29,935 bases of DNA, taken from contig JAFULP010000007.1 of NCBI GenBank assembly GCA_017473285.1, positions 1-29,935 on the forward strand. The letters run 5' to 3'. Position numbers and translations under genes: made by a program. This document shows, one piece after another, positions 24,715-29,935 of this stretch. The notes beneath the pieces were generated by a model that saw only the letters and a program-made list of their open reading frames with translations, was not told where the DNA came from and made no database searches. Origin of the DNA: Clostridia bacterium. GTDB taxonomy: Bacteria > Bacillota > Clostridia > Christensenellales > UBA1242. The stretch's first letter is position 1. Each line of letters begins with the position of its first letter.

Positions 24715-25986
24715 TTAAATCTGTGTGTCGGTATGCTGGTTGATACAAATGGTTGCCAAAGCAAAAGGTATAAAGTTAAATGTGTTATAACTCAAATCTT
24801 CAACTATGCAAATTAATAAAATTAATATTATAGGTAGATACTTTAACTTAAAATTCCCATTATTTTTGCGCAAAACTGTTGAATATACAAACAATAACAA
24901 TATCGCAAACCCAATTATTCCCATTTTGGATAAATATCCAACATAAAAACTATGGCTCGAAAATATTGTGTTGTAATCATAACCAAATCCTAAACCGAAT
25001 AATATTGAATATAAATTTTTAGCCCAAGGCTTAATATAAATTATCCATTTATCCAATCTTCCAGTAGTTAGGCGGTCAATGATATTGGAATAACTTGTAT
25101 CGCCAAAAAATCTTTCAAACATTATCACCCCATAATATAAAATAAATGGGCTTAATATTATAAGTGCAAATAAACAAATTGTTAATAATCGCTTTTTGTT
25201 TTTGCAATTTTTAAATTGATTAATAAATATTGTTAATAGTGTTATTGAAAATATTATAAAAAATGTTTTAGAAAAAGTTATTATTCCAATCAATGACAAA
25301 GCGGTTATTAATAATAGTGTGTGGCTTGATTTAAGTTTTTTGTTTAGCCACAATACATATATTGATGCAATACAAATGGCGCAACTTGCTCCCAAGGTGT
25401 TGCACACTGGTGAAAAAGCACAAAAGCGTCCACCCGCATGAAATGGGAAATGATACAATCCTGCACCATACATCACAAACGATAAAACACTGGCAGTAAT
25501 TATTCCATAACTATAAGTTAAAATAATATTATAATTTAATTTATTTTTTAATAAATAAAATAAAAATAAAAAATTAACTACATTTAAATAATAAATAAAA
25601 GAAATATTGATACATTTATTTAAAATAATACTATAAAATAGCGGAAAAATAATTAAAATTAAATAAAATATAATTATTTTAAAATATTTATTTATTAACT
25701 TATTTTTATTTAAATATATTAATTCTTTAATTAAAACGATAAATATTGATAAGCAAATAATTGAAGAAAATAATTCCACGCTATAGGTCACCCGCATATA
25801 AAGTGACATATACATTATACAATGTATTGATTTGTCCGTTGGCATAAAAATTGGAACTATCAGCCACATCAAATACCATACAAATTCAAACCCTATTGCC
25901 AGTGTTGAAAATACACAAAAAATTGTAAATAATATATTTACATATAATACTTGATGTTGTTTAAATTTGTCAATGGTTAATTGCAT
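24715..25986 (-). CDS. O-antigen ligase/polymerase-like membrane protein, copy B
   Basis: Same architecture as copy A: RF...N, TFSKT, TGR..KW, GLGFG, SHSFY...GIIG. Confidence 0.75.
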   Translation of the reverse strand: MQLTIDKFKQHQVLYVNILFTIFCVFSTLAIGFEFVWYLMWLIVPIFMPTDKSIHCIMYMSLYMRVTYSVELFSSIICLSIFIVLIKELIYLNKNKLINKYFKIIIFYLILIIFPLFYSIILNKCINISFIYYLNVVNFLFLFYLLKNKLNYNIILTYSYGIITASVLSFVMYGAGLYHFPFHAGGRFCAFSPVCNTLGASCAICIASIYVLWLNKKLKSSHTLLLITALSLIGIITFSKTFFIIFSITLLTIFINQFKNCKNKKRLLTICLFALIILSPFILYYGVIMFERFFGDTSYSNIIDRLTTGRLDKWIIYIKPWAKNLYSILFGLGFGYDYNTIFSSHSFYVGYLSKMGIIGFAILLLFVYSTVLRKNNGNFKLKYLPIILILLICIVEDLSYNTFNFIPFALATICINQHTDTQI

Positions 25987-26094
25987 TTTAATTCCGTGTC
26001 AAATAAATTTATATAATCATTATTATATTAAAATTCCGCTTTGTCAAGAAAACAAACAAAAAACACATTGAAAATATCAATGTGTTTTATCTTA

Positions 26095-26394
26095 TTACTC
26101 ACCTTTGAATGGTAGTAAAGCAATATTTCTAGCACGCTTAACGGCAACTGTGATTGCTCTTTGGTGTTTAGGGCAAGTGCCAGTTTGGCGTGAAGGTAAA
26201 ATTTTGCCTTTTTCTGTAACAAACTTCTTAAGTGTAGCGATATCTTTATAATCGATAGCCTTATCTTTATTTTCACAGAACAAGCAAACTTTTTTCTTAT
26301 TTTTATGTTTGAAATATTTTTTCTTTTCTACAGGAGCTTGTGTTTGAGCAGGTGCTTCAACAACTTCTGTAGCAACTTTTAATTCTTCACTCAT
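26095..26394 (-). CDS. rpsR: 30S ribosomal protein S18 (Zn-binding type, N-terminal extension)
   Basis: CLFC...IDYKD...GKILPSR.TG.C.KHQR..AVKRAR..ALLPF. Confidence 0.96.
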   Translation of the reverse strand: MSEELKVATEVVEAPAQTQAPVEKKKYFKHKNKKKVCLFCENKDKAIDYKDIATLKKFVTEKGKILPSRQTGTCPKHQRAITVAVKRARNIALLPFKGE

Positions 26395-26410
26395 AATGTA
26401 CTCCTTTTAA

Positions 26411-26818
26411 TTAAAATGGTAAAGTGTTATCGTCATCATCAATTGGTTGCAATCCAGTGTCAGGTGTAGGTATAGCGCTAGGACCATCAACAGTTGCATC
26501 ACCCTTTGTTGACAAAAATTCAATTTCCTCAGCGGTTATATCAGTTGTATAACGCTTTGTGCCGTCGTTGCCTTCATAAGAATGGTTTTGAATACTGCCC
26601 ATAACGGCAATCTTGCTACCTTTCTTTAAATATTTTGCGCAATTTTCAGCAATTGCTCTCCATGCAACAACATTGAAAAAATCTGTTTCTCTAGAACCGT
26701 CAGCGTTTGCAAAACGGCGTGATACCGCAATAGATATTCTGCACACAGAAATACCTGAATTTGTGGTAGATAATTCTGGATCTCTTGTAAGATTTCCAAT
26801 TAAAAATACTTTGTTCAT
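26411..26818 (-). CDS. ssb: Single-stranded DNA-binding protein
   Basis: MNKVFLIGNLTRDPEL, ETDFF.VVAW, acidic DDDDNTLPF tail. Confidence 0.96.
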   Translation of the reverse strand: MNKVFLIGNLTRDPELSTTNSGISVCRISIAVSRRFANADGSRETDFFNVVAWRAIAENCAKYLKKGSKIAVMGSIQNHSYEGNDGTKRYTTDITAEEIEFLSTKGDATVDGPSAIPTPDTGLQPIDDDDNTLPF

Positions 26819-26838
26819 AAAGTGCTCCTTTTAGCAAA

Positions 26839-27120
26839 CTATTTTGCAACTACGATAAATCTTAAAACGCCTTCAGTAATTCTAAGTGTGTTGCTTACTA
26901 CGGCTGGAACAGATGCATCAGCACTAAAATTAACTAATACATAGTAACCATCATGTTTCTTGTTGATTTCGTAAGCCAATTTCTTATTGCCAATTTTGTC
27001 AACGCTTTCAACAACGCCACCATTTTTAGTAATAAGGGTATTAACTTTTTCAATCATAGCGTCACGCTCTTCGTCATTACCAGTATTAACTAAAATGTAC
27101 ATAAGTTCGTACTTATTCAT
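26839..27120 (-). CDS. rpsF: 30S ribosomal protein S6
   Basis: MNKYELMYI...G.KKLAYEI.K...GYY; start revised to ATG 27120 (AAGGAGG SD). Confidence 0.95.
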   Translation of the reverse strand: MNKYELMYILVNTGNDEERDAMIEKVNTLITKNGGVVESVDKIGNKKLAYEINKKHDGYYVLVNFSADASVPAVVSNTLRITEGVLRFIVVAK

Positions 27121-27125
27121 ATTAA

Positions 27126-27175
27126 CCTCCTTTTGGACTATTGGTCTTAAAATCAAGTTTTAAGACAAGGTATGG
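27126..27175 (-). ncRNA. S6:S18 autoregulatory leader (rpsF leader)
   Basis: On - CCTTG, hairpin gtcttaaaa-cttga-ttttaagac, CC, then TAGTCCAAAAGGAGG; this is the known Bacillota rpsF leader layout. Confidence 0.75.
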
Positions 27176-27192
27176 TTTTACATACGCATTTA

Positions 27193-27221
27193 ACTATAAC
27201 ACACTTTTAAAATTTAATCAA
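27193..27221 (-). promoter_or_regulatory. Sigma-A promoter of rpsF-ssb-rpsR
   Basis: TTGATT-N17-(TG)TATAGT. Confidence 0.7.
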
Positions 27222-27302
27222 TAGTTTTTGTAAAATTTTCTTAATTTAAATATTTATAAATAAAATTTGAAGTTGTACAAATAATATTAGTAGGAGTTTT
27301 AT

Positions 27303-28451
27303 ATGAAAAATTTACGAAATTTGGCAATATGCTTGGCTTTAACATTGATAATGGTTTTAAATTTGGGTGCTGGTATGGGGCAAACTTATGCAAGCAATTA
27401 TGTGCCAGAAGTGGAAACCAAGGCTAGTATACTGATTGATATGGACTCAAACAATGTGCTATATGAAAACAATGCAACCACTCGTATGCCAGTTGCAAGC
27501 ATTGTAAAACTGATGACCATAATGCTTACTTTCGAGCAAGTGGAAGCGGGGGCTATTTCATTAGATGATAAGGTTATGGTTAGTGAAAATTCATCGGGAA
27601 TGGGTGGCTCGCAAATATTTTTGGATGCAAATTGCGAATATAATTTAGGTGAACTGCTAAAAAGTGTTATTGTATGTAGCGCCAACGATTCGTCGGTTGC
27701 ACTTGCCGAACATATAGCGGGCAGTGAAAGTGGTTTTGTGGATAAAATGAATGCTCGTGCCAAGGAGATGGATTTGAATAACACAAATTATATAAATTGC
27801 ACAGGATTGCCTGCGGATAATCAATATTCTTGTGCATTAGATGTGGCGAAAATACTAAAAAATGTATTGAGTTATGAAAAATATCACGAATACTCAAGCG
27901 TGTGGCTAGAAAATTTTGAACATCCAAGCGGTAGGACTACTGAGATGACTAACACTAACAGATTGTCAAGATTTTATGAAGGATGCATTGGTGGTAAAAC
28001 TGGCTCAACAAGTGAGGCGGGATATTGTCTGGCTGTTGGGGCAAAGCGTAACAACTTAAGTTTGATTTCGGTAGTCCTTGGCGCAAATACAACAAAGGAA
28101 AGATTTAAAAGCGCAAGTGATTTACTAAACTACGGTTTTGCAAACTATGAAAATCATACAATCGACACAAATGGATTAATTAATATTTCATACAAGGATG
28201 AAAGGCAACTTAATGTTAAAATTGATGGGGCATGTAGCATATTAACTAAAAAAGGTGAGACGCCAAATTATACAATTAATTGTTATGTGCCAAGTAAAGT
28301 TAGTAAATGTGATTTGGGACAAGAATTAGGATATATTGAAATTATTGTTGACGGGCAAGTTTATTCAACGCTAAAAGTGCTTGCCGATGAGCAAATTGAT
28401 GAACCAAGTTATACGGATAATTTAAAAGAAATATACAAAGATTTTATTTAA
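27303..28451 (+). CDS. D-alanyl-D-alanine carboxypeptidase (S11, DacF-like)
   Basis: Signal peptide, ASIVK (SxxK), SAN (SxN), KTG; NTNRL segment typical of DacF-like enzymes. Confidence 0.9.
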   Translation: MKNLRNLAICLALTLIMVLNLGAGMGQTYASNYVPEVETKASILIDMDSNNVLYENNATTRMPVASIVKLMTIMLTFEQVEAGAISLDDKVMVSENSSGMGGSQIFLDANCEYNLGELLKSVIVCSANDSSVALAEHIAGSESGFVDKMNARAKEMDLNNTNYINCTGLPADNQYSCALDVAKILKNVLSYEKYHEYSSVWLENFEHPSGRTTEMTNTNRLSRFYEGCIGGKTGSTSEAGYCLAVGAKRNNLSLISVVLGANTTKERFKSASDLLNYGFANYENHTIDTNGLINISYKDERQLNVKIDGACSILTKKGETPNYTINCYVPSKVSKCDLGQELGYIEIIVDGQVYSTLKVLADEQIDEPSYTDNLKEIYKDFI

Positions 28452-28512
28452 AAATATTTAAATAATTCAAAAATGTAAAAATATTAAAATAATACAAAAT
28501 ATTAAATAAAAT

Positions 28513-28540
28513 AAAAATAAGGCGATTTAGCCTTATTTTT
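28513..28540. terminator. Bidirectional terminator
   Basis: aaaaataaggc-gattta-gccttattttt. Confidence 0.85.
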
Positions 28541-28660
28541 TAGTATATTTTATAAGCAAAATTAAATTTTCAAGAATTTTTTAATTATTTTAAAAAAATT
28601 ATCAAATAATTAATTAAAATATTTTTTATTGTTTAAATGAAATAAATTGTCAACAGTTAA

Positions 28661-29644
28661 TTAAAATATATTTTCATTTTTTGGTGGTAATGAATTAATT
28701 TGTTGAGATAATTGTTCAATTATGTATTGCAAATCTTGCACAGTAAATGTAGGAGTGGTAAATGCGGCTGCGGCTTTGTGCCCTCCACCGCCAAAGTGTT
28801 GCGCCAATACGCTAACATCCAAATCTTCACGTCCCCTAAAACTTACATGCGTTTGATTGTTGCGTGGAGTTATAAGCACGGCACCTAATGCGTGCTTCAT
28901 ACAAAACGCTTGATTAATAATTGGATTTAAATCTTCTTGAGTGCCACCAGTAGATGCTAATTGTTCCTTAGTGATTTCCATAATCATAATGGTATCATTG
29001 TTATAAAACTTGGCACTATTCATCGCCATTGATAGCAGTTTAAACTGGGGCATACTATTAGAATTTAAAAAGTAGCGTATAATCTTATAGGTATCTATTC
29101 CTTTATTAATTAAATCCAAAACGGTTAAATATGTGTTTTTAGTCACAGAGTTGGTTGACAGGTTGTTGGTGTCGGTTATGATGCCCGCAAACAATTTACC
29201 CGCTGTGGATTTTGGCAAATCAAAGTTGGCATCTTTTAAAAGGTTATATATATTTTCACAGTTTGATGATATTGGATTAACCAAATTGGTTTGGGCAAAG
29301 CCTTTATTGGTTGCATGGTGGTCAATACAAATAGTGTGGGTTGAATTGTTAAACACATCAATATATTTACCAAGACGACCAATGCTGGCGGCATCCACGC
29401 ATATGCAAACATCGTAATGATTTAGTGGTTGAATATTAAAAGTTAAATCTTTAGTAAAGGGTTTAAATTCTTCAGCGATTGTGTCGCATTCAGCAAAACT
29501 GTGAACGGTGCAATTGGGGAAATTTAGGCTAATATAATCGCCGATGCTACTAATAGAACCAAAACAGTCCCCGTCAGGGTTAATATGACCTATAATGGCA
29601 ACATTTTTGGTACCAGATAGCATTTTGTTTATTTGTTTAATCAT
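28661..29644 (-). CDS. nrnA: DHH/DHHA1 phosphoesterase (NrnA-like oligoribonuclease/pAp phosphatase)
   Basis: GH..PDGD, DHH, TDT, GGGGH..AA. Confidence 0.88.
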   Translation of the reverse strand: MIKQINKMLSGTKNVAIIGHINPDGDCFGSISSIGDYISLNFPNCTVHSFAECDTIAEEFKPFTKDLTFNIQPLNHYDVCICVDAASIGRLGKYIDVFNNSTHTICIDHHATNKGFAQTNLVNPISSNCENIYNLLKDANFDLPKSTAGKLFAGIITDTNNLSTNSVTKNTYLTVLDLINKGIDTYKIIRYFLNSNSMPQFKLLSMAMNSAKFYNNDTIMIMEITKEQLASTGGTQEDLNPIINQAFCMKHALGAVLITPRNNQTHVSFRGREDLDVSVLAQHFGGGGHKAAAAFTTPTFTVQDLQYIIEQLSQQINSLPPKNENIF

Positions 29645-29831
29645 AATTACTCCAGTTAATAAGCGAAACTATTTAATAGTCTACGATATTATATGATAAT
29701 AAAAATAGCATCAACATTATAACACAATCACAAGGCTTTTCAAAACAAAAAAGCAAGAATATTGTCAAAAAATCTACGCACTAACATACGATTAAATGTT
29801 GTTGTAGGTATGCGATGCAGGACAAATATAT

Positions 29832-29897
29832 GGTGGATAAAATATATGCAATTAACCTTAAAAGTTATCCACATTTGGTTGATAACTCGGTGGATAA
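29832..29897. promoter_or_regulatory. DnaA-box cluster, candidate part of oriC
   Basis: ggtggataa (29832-29840, 1 mismatch), ttatccaca (29866-29874, perfect), tggtgataa (29877-29885, 2 mismatches), ggtggataa (29889-29897, 1 mismatch), all intergenic. Confidence 0.65.
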
Positions 29898-29935
29898 CTT
29901 TTGTAATATGCTTAAAAATAGGTGATTTTTGAGTG

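Noticed and set aside
25500-25770. Very AT-rich stretch as a non-coding island or repeat
   Set aside because: It lies within the open frame of ligase copy B and encodes Ile/Phe/Leu/Asn/Lys-rich membrane segments.
28452-28660. Extremely AT-rich tract as a DNA-unwinding element
   Set aside because: It is over 1 kb from the DnaA boxes, has no adjacent box, and is explained by a convergent intergenic region with a terminator.
370-29417. Many short antisense or overlapping ORFs in the track (e.g. 370-603, 3516-4010, 5649-5987, 7642-7974, 16889-17311, 27398-27784, 29133-29417)
   Set aside because: They lie opposite well-supported genes and have no SD or motifs; they are shadow ORFs.
1-29935. CRISPR arrays, IS elements, prophage genes, rRNA and parS palindromes
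   Set aside because: I found no regularly spaced repeats, transposase, integrase or phage ORFs, rRNA-like sequence, or TGTTNCACGTGAAACA match on manual reading.

Overview
A low-GC (about one third by eye) chromosomal housekeeping region. Gene content and sigma-A/Shine-Dalgarno signals point to a Bacillota (Clostridia-like) organism, and the window is probably origin-proximal. The left part is on the + strand: truncated yqeY, two small hypotheticals (one interrupted by an in-frame TAA), mpg, dtd, a small ORF plus metG, gyrB-gyrA and radC. The remainder is mostly on the - strand: a TasA/SipW-type secreted protein, a stand-alone FakA middle domain, an Amidase_6 protein, a Cu/Zn SOD-like protein, an orphan ORF, tRNA-Arg(UCG), a membrane protein, a PflX-like radical SAM enzyme, argS, yigZ, prfB, a PAP2 phosphatase, two O-antigen ligase/polymerase-like paralogs, rpsF-ssb-rpsR and a DHH/DHHA1 phosphoesterase. 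Interspersed + strand genes are glmS, a secreted hypothetical, a 2[4Fe-4S] ferredoxin missed by the ORF track, lepB, a Pro/Gln-tailed membrane protein and a DacF-like carboxypeptidase. A DnaA-box cluster lies at the right edge. I found no mobile element, CRISPR array or rRNA. The most striking unexplained signal is a ~190-nt, promoter-driven, highly structured region directly upstream of tRNA-Arg(UCG). It contains a perfect 72-nt Watson-Crick four-way junction with a mutually exclusive alternative pairing. Other notable patterns are two divergent gene pairs that all look leaderless, an excess of perfect DnaA boxes inside genes, and the absence of regulatory elements common in this phylum (glmS ribozyme, prfB frameshift, metG T-box/S-box).
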